Of a stretch of 64,000 bases of DNA, positions 8,339-16,484 are shown in pieces (the stretch's first letter is position 1; each line of letters begins with the position of its first letter). Source of the stretch: Candidatus Omnitrophota bacterium. GTDB lineage: Bacteria > Omnitrophota > Gorgyraeia > Gygaellales > Profunditerraquicolaceae. The stretch lies in assembly GCA_025453395.1 (NCBI GenBank), contig JALOQK010000005.1, positions 12,684 to 76,683 on the forward strand. The letters are read 5' to 3'. The notes under the pieces were generated by a model. It had not been told where the DNA came from. It worked only from the letters and a program-made list of their open reading frames with translations, and made no database searches. The position numbers and the translations under genes are program-made.

Positions 8339-9364
8339 ATGCGTAAGTATCTTTATGAAATAATTACCGGTAAAAGAAGAAACCTTTTTCTCGAGGCTGT
8401 TCTTTGGGTATTCTCTTTAGTTTATACAGTGTTTATTCTTCTTATTAGCCGGTTACGCCGAGCTAATCAGCAGGAATTTGCCTGTAAGGTTATAAGCGTG
8501 GGCAATATTACTTTAGGCGGCACGGGAAAAACTGTTTTTGTGCAATTTCTTTGCCGCAGATTATCAAGCCTAGGGAAAAAAGTGGCGGTAGTTTCACGAG
8601 GGTATCGTTTGAATAAAAATGATATTTCGGATGAGCCGCGCATGCTTCAGGAGAAGTTGGGTGATCTTATCCTGGCGGTAATCTTGGATAAAAATCGCGC
8701 GCGCGCAATAAAAAAGGCAATAAGCCTTGGCGCGGATACAGTAATATTGGATGATGGATTTCAACAGTGGGGGATTAAAAAAGATTTGGAGATTGTTACT
8801 TTGGATGCCGGATTTCCTTTTGGAAACAAAAAAGTTTTACCAGCAGGAATTTTACGTGAGCCGTTAGGGTCTCTTGAAAGAGCGGATGTTTTGGTGTTGA
8901 ATAAAATCGAAGACTTTGATACTCAAGATCTAAAGCGTAAACTTCTTGCCTTAAATCCTTCCGGGATTGTTTTAGATATACAATATAAGCCTGTTTATGT
9001 GTTTCCGGTTTGGCTGCCTAAGAAAATAAATGACATCGGTATCTTAAGAGCAAGAAAAATAGTCTCTTTTTGCGGTATCGCCCGGCCAGAATCTTTTCGT
9101 AAAAGCCTCTTAGAATGCCAGGCGCAGATATTGGATGAACTTATTTTTGCGGATCACTATCAGTATTGCTTAAAAGATATTGCGCAGATATCCGGGAAGG
9201 CAAAAGAAGCTGGCGCAGAGTTTATTCTGACCACGGAAAAAGATGCCGCGCGGCTTTCTTTTTTAAAACATGACGATATGAATCTGCCGGTATATGTTTT
9301 AGCTATTGAACCTGTGGTTCTATCTGGCCAGGATAAGTTTAACTTAAAGTTGGAAAATAGTTAA
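8339..9364 (+). CDS. lpxK: Tetraacyldisaccharide 4'-kinase
   Basis: VISVGNITLGGTGKTVFVQFL P-loop with LpxK length and architecture. Confidence 0.9.
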   Translation: MRKYLYEIITGKRRNLFLEAVLWVFSLVYTVFILLISRLRRANQQEFACKVISVGNITLGGTGKTVFVQFLCRRLSSLGKKVAVVSRGYRLNKNDISDEPRMLQEKLGDLILAVILDKNRARAIKKAISLGADTVILDDGFQQWGIKKDLEIVTLDAGFPFGNKKVLPAGILREPLGSLERADVLVLNKIEDFDTQDLKRKLLALNPSGIVLDIQYKPVYVFPVWLPKKINDIGILRARKIVSFCGIARPESFRKSLLECQAQILDELIFADHYQYCLKDIAQISGKAKEAGAEFILTTEKDAARLSFLKHDDMNLPVYVLAIEPVVLSGQDKFNLKLENS

Positions 9365-9366
9365 TA

Positions 9367-11307
9367 ATGAAAAAAAATTCTATTATAGACTACAGCGCTT
9401 ATATTATTTTAAGGTTCTTTGGCCCTGTTTTAAGGGCCATCCCTGTGCCTTTAGCGCTTTTCTTGGGCCGGATACTCGGGGGCATTGTTTATACCTTTGA
9501 CCATAGGCACCGCTGTTTGGTTTTTGCAAATATAAAAACCGCTATGGGTGAAAACATGGCGCCCTGTCAGGTAAAGAAGATAACAGCTAGGTTTTACGCG
9601 CATCTGGGGCAGACCGTGATTGAGCTTTTTCTTATCCCCAAGGTGGACAGGAAATACATAGATAAATATATAAGTTTTGAGGGGTGGGAAAATGTGGATA
9701 CGGCAGCCAAAAGCGACAGGCCGGTTATATTTCTGGCAGTGCATGCCGGTAACTGGGAACTTTCTAATATTATCTGCGCTAATTTAGGGATTAATTTTAG
9801 TGTTTTTGTCAGGGACCAAAGCCTGCCGCATTTGGATAATCTTTTAAATCAACATCGGCAGTCAAAATCCTGCAGGATCATCCATCGGGAAAATCAATTA
9901 CGCCAATTTATTCAAATCTTAAAAGATAAGGAATCTGTAGGCATGACGGTGGACCAGGGCGGGAAAAACGGCGTATTGATAGATTTTTTAGGCAAGCCTT
10001 CGTCTATGGGAATTGGAGCGGTGAAATTTGCCCGTAAATATGGGGCGTTGATCGTGCCGGTTTATTTTACGCGTATTAAGGGTCCGTATCAGAAAGTGAT
10101 TGTCCGGCCCCCCATTGAACCTAAGCATTCTCAAGATGAAGACAGGGATATGCGCGATAACTTGGAGCACATAGTTAGGATCTTAGAAAAGATTGTTTAT
10201 CAGTATCCCTATGATTATCTTTGGCTGAATAAGATCTGGAAATATTCTAACAAGAAGAATATCCTTGTCTTAAGCGACGCCAAGGCCGGCCATTTAAACC
10301 AATCGCGCGCTGCGGCAGAACTTGTGCAGGAGGTTTTCCTGAAAAAAGGTATTACCGCCAGTGTCAAAATTATCCCTGTAGAGTTTAAGAGCAAATTTAA
10401 AGAGCTTCTTTTTAAAATAGGGTTGTTGTTCTCCGGGCCATTTAGTTGTCAGGGTTGCCTTTGGTGCCTAAGGGCTTTTTTAAAAGATGAAAATTATCTT
10501 GATCTTTGGAAAGAAAAGCCCGATGTGGTTATTTCCGCGGGTTCTTCTCTGGCAGGGATAAATTTTCTTGTTGCCCGCCAAAACCTTTCTAAATCAGTAG
10601 CGATCATGCGCCCCGGTTTCTTAAGTTTGTCGCGTTTTAATCTGGTGATTGCCCCCCGCCATGACCGTTTAGCAGAAAGAAAGAACGTGGCAATTACTGA
10701 AGGCGCGTTAAACTTAGTAAATGCAAAATACCTGAAAGAGCAGGCGGAGAAATTCCGAAAGGAATTTAAGCTTGAAGGCTCTAATGATAATTTCTTAGGA
10801 GTTTTAATCGGCGGAGATTCAAAGGGATTCTTTCTTGATGCAGATAAAGTTTCTTTTGTCCTTGAAAAGGTAAAAGAACAAGCCAAAGTTTTGGGCGCGC
10901 GGATCTTACTTACTACTTCCCGGCGCACAAGTTCAAAAATAGAAGAGGCCATCCGTGAAAAATTAAAAGATTCGCCGGATGCTATTTTGATCATTGCCAA
11001 TCAAAATAATTTTTCTTTTGCTTTGGGAGGGATTTTAGGTTTATCTAGTGTGGTTATTTGCTCTGCGGAAAGTATTTCTATGGTTTCCGAGGCAGCCAGT
11101 TCTGGAAAAAAGGTAATAGTTTTCCAAAGCCCGGGCTTAAGCGATAAGCATAATAGATTTCTTGCTAATTTAAAAAAGAAAGGTTTTATTTCTTATGTTG
11201 AGCCGGACAAGGTAAAAGAGGAAATAGAAAATTTATTTGTTAAAAAGGACAATCCTGTGTTAGATGATAAAAAGAAAATCACTGAAATTCTGGAGCGCAC
11301 ATTATGA
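9367..11307 (+). CDS. Fusion: lipid A secondary acyltransferase (LpxL/HtrB family) with an ELM1/DUF1022 domain
   Basis: Residues 1-292 carry AVHAGNWELSN (HX4E-type motif) and end YLWLNKIWK like LpxL. Residues 293-646 carry VLSDAKAGHLNQS, NLVIAPRHD, ILLTTSRRTS and VVICSAESISMVSEAASSGKKV, matching bacterial ELM1-family proteins. Confidence 0.8.
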   Translation: MKKNSIIDYSAYIILRFFGPVLRAIPVPLALFLGRILGGIVYTFDHRHRCLVFANIKTAMGENMAPCQVKKITARFYAHLGQTVIELFLIPKVDRKYIDKYISFEGWENVDTAAKSDRPVIFLAVHAGNWELSNIICANLGINFSVFVRDQSLPHLDNLLNQHRQSKSCRIIHRENQLRQFIQILKDKESVGMTVDQGGKNGVLIDFLGKPSSMGIGAVKFARKYGALIVPVYFTRIKGPYQKVIVRPPIEPKHSQDEDRDMRDNLEHIVRILEKIVYQYPYDYLWLNKIWKYSNKKNILVLSDAKAGHLNQSRAAAELVQEVFLKKGITASVKIIPVEFKSKFKELLFKIGLLFSGPFSCQGCLWCLRAFLKDENYLDLWKEKPDVVISAGSSLAGINFLVARQNLSKSVAIMRPGFLSLSRFNLVIAPRHDRLAERKNVAITEGALNLVNAKYLKEQAEKFRKEFKLEGSNDNFLGVLIGGDSKGFFLDADKVSFVLEKVKEQAKVLGARILLTTSRRTSSKIEEAIREKLKDSPDAILIIANQNNFSFALGGILGLSSVVICSAESISMVSEAASSGKKVIVFQSPGLSDKHNRFLANLKKKGFISYVEPDKVKEEIENLFVKKDNPVLDDKKKITEILERTL

Positions 11308-13391
11308 ACGTACTTCAAGTTTTACCACAGCTTCGTGTAGGGGGTGTTGAGACCGGCACCGTAGATTTGGCCCGGGAACTTGTTAAGTTGGGGCACAAGG
11401 CAATAGTTGTTTCAGCCGGGGGAGAATTAGTCAAAGAATTAGAAGCCTGTGGCGTAAAACACTATTTTCTGCCGGTGCATGAGAAATCTCTTTGGGCGAT
11501 ATTTAAGTCAACCCGCGCCTTAGCAGAAATTATCCGCAAGGAAGAAATTGATATTGTGCATGCGCGCTCTAGGGCTCCGGCATGGAGCGCTTTTTTTGCC
11601 TGCCGCATGACAGCAGCAGTGTTTGTAACTACCTGTCATGGTTTTTATAGCAAGCATCCCTTTAGTTATGTTATGGGCTGGGGCAAGCGCGTAATAGTTT
11701 TAAGTAACGCCATTGCCCATAGGATGATCCATGATTTTAATGTCCCTCACGAGCGCGTGCGCCTTATCGCGCGAAGTGTTTCTTTGGACAAATTTCAATA
11801 TGCCGACCCAGGGCCCAAGCGCAAAAAGGTCTTTAACGTCGGGATCATCGCGCGCATAACTCCGATCAAGGGGCATATGGATTTTATAAAGGCAATGCAT
11901 AAACTAAGCAAGCATGTGCCGCATTTAAAGATATGGATAGTAGGCGATGCCCCGGAATCAAAGTTAGCTTATAAAGAACAGCTGCAGGTTTTAGTGCGAA
12001 GGCTTGGGCTTTGGCATTGCACGGATTTCTTAGGCGTGCAGAGGGATATTCCGGGAGTGCTCAAAGGGCTTGACGCGGTTGTGCTGCCTACTGTTACCCA
12101 AGAGGCCTTTGGCAGGGCGATCATTGAGGCGCAAGCTTGTGGCGTGCCGGTTGTAGCTACCAAAGTCGGAGGCGTGGTAGATGTGATCGATGATCAAAAG
12201 ACCGGGGTATTAGTGCCTGTATCCAGCCCCCAGGCCATATCAGAGGCGCTTCTTAAGATTTATAAGGACAAAGATTTCGCCTCTTCGCTGGCAAAAGCTG
12301 CTTACGATAAATTAAAAGAAAAATATACATTGGAACTTATGGTAGAGAAAACTCTGGAAGTGTACAAAGAGGCGCTTTCAGAGAAAAGGGCGCTTATTAT
12401 TAAGATCGGCTCCATAGGAGACGTTATTCTTTCTACTTATGCCATAAATCAGATCCGCAGTAAATTGCCTGCAAATTATAAGATAAGTTTCTTAGTGGGC
12501 GAGAAATGCAGGGACCTGCTTTTTCACTGCCCTTACATAGAAGAACTTTTAGTTTGTGATTTTAAAAACCGCGACAAAGGCTTAAAAGGCCTGTGGCGTT
12601 TGGGTAAAAGATTAAGGAAAAGCCAGTTTGATATGGTTATCGACCTGCAGAATAACCGCACCAGCCACCTGCTTTCATATTTGACTTTAAGCTTGTATCG
12701 TTATGGTTATTCTGATAGGAAATTTGGTTTTCTTTTAAACCGGGGGGTAAAACAAAATAAAGGCCATTATCCTGCGCTTGAGCATCAATTCAAGATACTT
12801 GAGCCGTTGGGAATAAAATTAGAAAACCCGCGCCTTCAGGTCTGGCCAGACCAGAAAGACAGGGAATATATAGAGCAGTTTTTAGGTTCTCAATGGTTAA
12901 GTTACCATCAAAAACTTGTCGGGATTAATTTAAGCGCCAGCACCAGATGGCAGAGTAAGAATCTTCCGCTTGCTACCATTGCTAAGGTTTGTGAGCAGTT
13001 GGAGCAGAAGAAAATAAGGGTTGTAGTTTGCGGTGAAGAAAAGGATAAGATGCTTGCGGAAAACCTGATCAGTATAGCCAAGAACGCCAAAGTCATTAAC
13101 GCCTGCGGCAAGACCAGTATTAATCAATTAGCTTCTTTGATCAAGAAGTGCGCGGTATTTATTTCGCCGGATTCGGCGCCTTTGCATATTGCTTCTGCGG
13201 CGGAAACTTCTTTCGTGGCTTTGTTCGGGCCAACTGACCCTAAGCGCCATATGCATGCTTCGGGCAAATATAAGCTTATCAGAAAAGATTTAAGTTGCTC
13301 GCCTTGTTATAAACCGCATTGCGCTAAGGCGCGATGCATGAAGATGATAACTGCTGAAGAAATAGTGGAAGCGGTGGAGGAGTTACTTTAG
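11304..13391 (+). CDS. Fused glycosyltransferase: GT4 (N-terminal) with GT9 heptosyltransferase-like (C-terminal)
   Basis: N-terminal half has EAFGRAIIEAQACGVPVVATKVGGVVDVI (GT4 E-x7-E region). C-terminal half has ALIIKIGSIGDVILS and FISPDSAPLHIASAA (GT9 signatures). Confidence 0.8.
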   Translation: MNVLQVLPQLRVGGVETGTVDLARELVKLGHKAIVVSAGGELVKELEACGVKHYFLPVHEKSLWAIFKSTRALAEIIRKEEIDIVHARSRAPAWSAFFACRMTAAVFVTTCHGFYSKHPFSYVMGWGKRVIVLSNAIAHRMIHDFNVPHERVRLIARSVSLDKFQYADPGPKRKKVFNVGIIARITPIKGHMDFIKAMHKLSKHVPHLKIWIVGDAPESKLAYKEQLQVLVRRLGLWHCTDFLGVQRDIPGVLKGLDAVVLPTVTQEAFGRAIIEAQACGVPVVATKVGGVVDVIDDQKTGVLVPVSSPQAISEALLKIYKDKDFASSLAKAAYDKLKEKYTLELMVEKTLEVYKEALSEKRALIIKIGSIGDVILSTYAINQIRSKLPANYKISFLVGEKCRDLLFHCPYIEELLVCDFKNRDKGLKGLWRLGKRLRKSQFDMVIDLQNNRTSHLLSYLTLSLYRYGYSDRKFGFLLNRGVKQNKGHYPALEHQFKILEPLGIKLENPRLQVWPDQKDREYIEQFLGSQWLSYHQKLVGINLSASTRWQSKNLPLATIAKVCEQLEQKKIRVVVCGEEKDKMLAENLISIAKNAKVINACGKTSINQLASLIKKCAVFISPDSAPLHIASAAETSFVALFGPTDPKRHMHASGKYKLIRKDLSCSPCYKPHCAKARCMKMITAEEIVEAVEELL

Positions 13392-13560
13392 CTAAAAATT
13401 CAAAGCTAAAAGCTAAAAACCATAATTAAAAATTCAAAACCTTAAAAACGAAAAGGTTAAAGCGTAAAGTGCAAAATGTAATGTATTTGTTTTTAGTTTT
13501 TAATTTTAAGTTTTCGTTTTTCGCTTTACGTTTTACGCTTTTAGTTTATAACTATTTTTT
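13392..13560 (+). repeat. Family C palindromic element (AAAGCGTAAAG / AACCATAATTAAAAATTCAAAA units)
   Basis: aaccataattaaaaattcaaaacc...aaagcgtaaagtgcaaaatg is mirrored by gtttttagtttttaattttaag...cgctttacgttttacgcttt. Confidence 0.8.
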
Positions 13561-13586
13561 TGGTAACTCGTGGATAGAAGAGGGCT

Positions 13587-14684
13587 ATGAATATCTTACT
13601 TTTAGCCAATCACTTTAATACCGGAGGCATTTCAAGCTACATCTTGACACTTGCCAAGGGTTTAAAGAAATTAGGCCATAATATTTATGTTGCTTCCGGT
13701 AGCGGAGAGCTTGTTTCGGCTCTTGAGCAAGAAAGATTCGGTTATATCCGTGTTCCGCTTAAGACTAAAGCCGAATTAAGCATTAATGTTTTGGTTAGTT
13801 TTTTTAAGCTTTTTCCGGAAATAAAAAAGAAAAATATCCAGATTATTCATGCCAATACGCGGGTAACACAAGTCTTGGCGTGTTTATTAAGCCGGTTTTC
13901 AGGAAAGCCATTTGTTTCTACCTGCCACGGGTTTTTCAAGAAGAGATTGTTGCGCCGGATATTCCCTTGCTGGGGTGTTTGTGTTATTGCTGTAAGCAGT
14001 CAAGTAAAAGATCATCTTGTGCAAGATTTTAATGTTCCCGAGGACAATATTGAACTTATCGCCAACGGTATCGATATAGCTAAGTTTAGCTTTCAGCTGT
14101 CAACTGTTAACTGTCAGCAAAAAATAAAATTCGGACTTGGGGAAGGCCCGGTAGTAGGGATTGTGGCAAGATTATCTGAAGTTAAGGGCCATGTCTATCT
14201 TATCCGGGCGATGCAGAGGGTTGTAGAGAAATTCCCCCAGGCGAAGCTGCTTATCGCAGGAGAGGGAAAGATAAAAACAAGCCTTGAGAGGCTGGTTCAA
14301 CAGCTGGGAATAGCTAAAAGCGTATTTTTTGTTCCCAATGTTAAAGACACAAGAGATGTCTTATCGGTGATGGATATATTTGTGCTTTCTTCTTTGCAGG
14401 AGGGATTAGGCCTAAGCCTGATGGAGGCGATGTGTATGGGCAAGGCGGTTATTGGTTCTTCCGTAGGAGGCATTAAGACCCTGATCTGCCATGGGGAAAA
14501 CGGTTTATTGGTGGCTGCGGCAGACGTCAGCGGCTTGTCGGCTGCGATTATTCGCCTTCTCGAGGACAAAAGAGAAAGAGAATTGCTGGGGGTAAACGCG
14601 CGCGAATTCATCTGCGCTAACTTTTCGCAGAGTAAAATGGCGCTTCAAACAGAAAGGGTTTATAAAGAATGCGTAAATTCCTGA
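13587..14684 (+). CDS. Glycosyltransferase family 4
   Basis: MNILLLANHFNTGGISSY N-terminal domain and LSSLQEGLGLSLMEAMCMGKAVIGSSVGG C-terminal motif. Confidence 0.85.
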   Translation: MNILLLANHFNTGGISSYILTLAKGLKKLGHNIYVASGSGELVSALEQERFGYIRVPLKTKAELSINVLVSFFKLFPEIKKKNIQIIHANTRVTQVLACLLSRFSGKPFVSTCHGFFKKRLLRRIFPCWGVCVIAVSSQVKDHLVQDFNVPEDNIELIANGIDIAKFSFQLSTVNCQQKIKFGLGEGPVVGIVARLSEVKGHVYLIRAMQRVVEKFPQAKLLIAGEGKIKTSLERLVQQLGIAKSVFFVPNVKDTRDVLSVMDIFVLSSLQEGLGLSLMEAMCMGKAVIGSSVGGIKTLICHGENGLLVAAADVSGLSAAIIRLLEDKRERELLGVNAREFICANFSQSKMALQTERVYKECVNS

Positions 14685-15481
14685 TTACGATTTGTGTTTT
14701 ATTTATTTTTATCGGCGGGTTAATTCTTGGTTTAGGGATGTTCTTTAAGGATAAATACGCGCCGGTTGTGCTTATGTATCATATGGTCTATCCTCAAGCG
14801 GAAAGCCGCTATAAGGCAGCGATCAGAGATGTTACCTTTGCCGCCCAGATGCGTTTTTTGCATAAGCATCAATATAAAGTTGTAACCCTTCAGGCTTTGA
14901 CAGAGTTAATTAAGCGTAAAGAGAAAATACCAGCTAAGACAATAGCTATTACTTTTGACGACGGATATAATGATAATCTGCATTACGCGTTTCCCATCTT
15001 GAAGAAATACAATTTTCCGGTAACTATATTTATTATTGTGGATGAGGCGGGGGTAAATCCGCAAAAGCTTAACTGGAGGCAGATTAAGCTTATGCAAGAT
15101 TCAGGGCTTGTTACTTTTGGCAGCCACTGCCTCGGCACAGAGCCTTTGACAAACCTTCAGCCTTTTGAGCAAAAAAGGCAGATCGTTGAATCCAAGAGAA
15201 TATTGGAGAATAGATTAGGCGCACAGGTGAAATTCTTCAGTTATCCCGAAGGAAAGTTTACTGCGCCTATCCGACAAATGGTAATTGACGCCGGTTACGC
15301 CGCAGCAGTTGCCACTACCCCGGGAGTAAATTATCCTAATGATGATATCTTCGCCATAAAACGCGTCCGGGTTTCAGAGGTTAAGTTCAGGGATTTATCT
15401 TTTGCCATTAAGCTTACCGGATTATATAACTATATCGTGGAATCGCGCAAAGACAAAAAACAAAGAAAGCATGCCAGATAG
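14669..15481 (+). CDS. Polysaccharide deacetylase (NodB homology domain), membrane anchored
   Basis: N-terminal TM helix. AITFDDGYNDNL and FGSHCLGTE motifs. Confidence 0.8.
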   Translation: MRKFLITICVLFIFIGGLILGLGMFFKDKYAPVVLMYHMVYPQAESRYKAAIRDVTFAAQMRFLHKHQYKVVTLQALTELIKRKEKIPAKTIAITFDDGYNDNLHYAFPILKKYNFPVTIFIIVDEAGVNPQKLNWRQIKLMQDSGLVTFGSHCLGTEPLTNLQPFEQKRQIVESKRILENRLGAQVKFFSYPEGKFTAPIRQMVIDAGYAAAVATTPGVNYPNDDIFAIKRVRVSEVKFRDLSFAIKLTGLYNYIVESRKDKKQRKHAR

Positions 15482-16484
15482 AATATTGGTATTTAACGTA
15501 AATTGGCTGGGGGATGTGCTTTTTTCTACTGCCTCTATCCGTAATTTAAGGCGTAATTACCCCAAAAGTTTTATCGCTTGCGTTATCCCAAGCCGCTGTT
15601 ATCCGGTGTTAAAGGGTAACCCAAATTTAGACCAGATTATTATCTATGACGAGCAAGACCGGCATAAAAGTTTGCTTGCCAAGATTTCCTTTATAAAAAC
15701 GCTTGCCGGCAAGAGATTTGATATGGGTATTCTTTTGCACGGCTCATTAACAAGGGCTTTGATCTTAAGGTTAGCCGGAATTAAGCAAATAATCGGCTAT
15801 AATACCAAACACCGCGGGTTTCTTCTTGATAAAAAGATTCCCTTGCCTAAGAAAGATTCATTGCACCGGATTGATTATTACCTGAATATTCTTGAAAAGT
15901 CAGGCTTAAGGGTAGAGGATAGGTTTCTGGAATTTTTTATAAACGATGAAGACGAAATTTTTGTTGCAGATTTTCTCAAGCGCAATTCTCTAAACTCGGA
16001 TGACCTTATAGTGGGGCTTAACCCCGCAGGCAACTGGCTTTTAAAGCGCTGGCCTAAGCAATATTGGGCAGGCTTAGCCGACAGGTTAATCAATGATTAT
16101 AACGCTAAAGTAGTTATTACCGGCAGCCCTGATGACCTTAAGCTTGCTGGCGAAATAGGCAAACTTATGATAGGCAGGCCTGTTGTGTCTTGCGGGATGA
16201 ATTTAAAACAATCCGCCGCGCTTTTTAAGAAATTAAATTTATTTATTTCTGCTGATAGCGGCCCCTTGCACATTGCTAACGCCGTAGGCGCCAAGAAAAT
16301 TATCGCGCTTTTTGGGCCGACTGATATTAATATTACCGGCCCGTTTCCGTTAAACAATGTAGTTGTTCTTCAGAAAGATTCTGGGTGCAAAATTCCCTGT
16401 TATGATTTGGATTGTAGCGATAACCGCTGTATGCGCGCAATAACCCCGGAGGATGTTTTAAGAGAATGCAAAAAGATACTATAA
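15471..16484 (+). CDS. Glycosyltransferase family 9 (LPS heptosyltransferase family)
   Basis: RILVFNVNWLGDVLFSTASI, FISADSGPLHIANAVGAKKIIALFGPTD. Start moved to ATG 15471, giving an 11-nt overlap instead of the 80-nt overlap of the track ORF. Confidence 0.8.
   Translation: MPDRILVFNVNWLGDVLFSTASIRNLRRNYPKSFIACVIPSRCYPVLKGNPNLDQIIIYDEQDRHKSLLAKISFIKTLAGKRFDMGILLHGSLTRALILRLAGIKQIIGYNTKHRGFLLDKKIPLPKKDSLHRIDYYLNILEKSGLRVEDRFLEFFINDEDEIFVADFLKRNSLNSDDLIVGLNPAGNWLLKRWPKQYWAGLADRLINDYNAKVVITGSPDDLKLAGEIGKLMIGRPVVSCGMNLKQSAALFKKLNLFISADSGPLHIANAVGAKKIIALFGPTDINITGPFPLNNVVVLQKDSGCKIPCYDLDCSDNRCMRAITPEDVLRECKKIL

Noticed and set aside
13392-13560. Possibility that the intergenic repeat families are CRISPR arrays.
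   Set aside because: Units are 7-12 nt and degenerate. They are arranged as direct-then-inverted palindromes without unique spacers of regular length, and no cas genes are present.
15402-15470. Upstream start of the GT9 gene giving an 80-nt overlap with the deacetylase gene. Similarly 43325 for proS, 45237 for nusA and 53016 for the SpoIID-like gene.
   Set aside because: Internal ATGs at 15471, 43373, 45264 and 53040 have proper RBSs and give N-termini matching the families. The long overlaps are unlikely.
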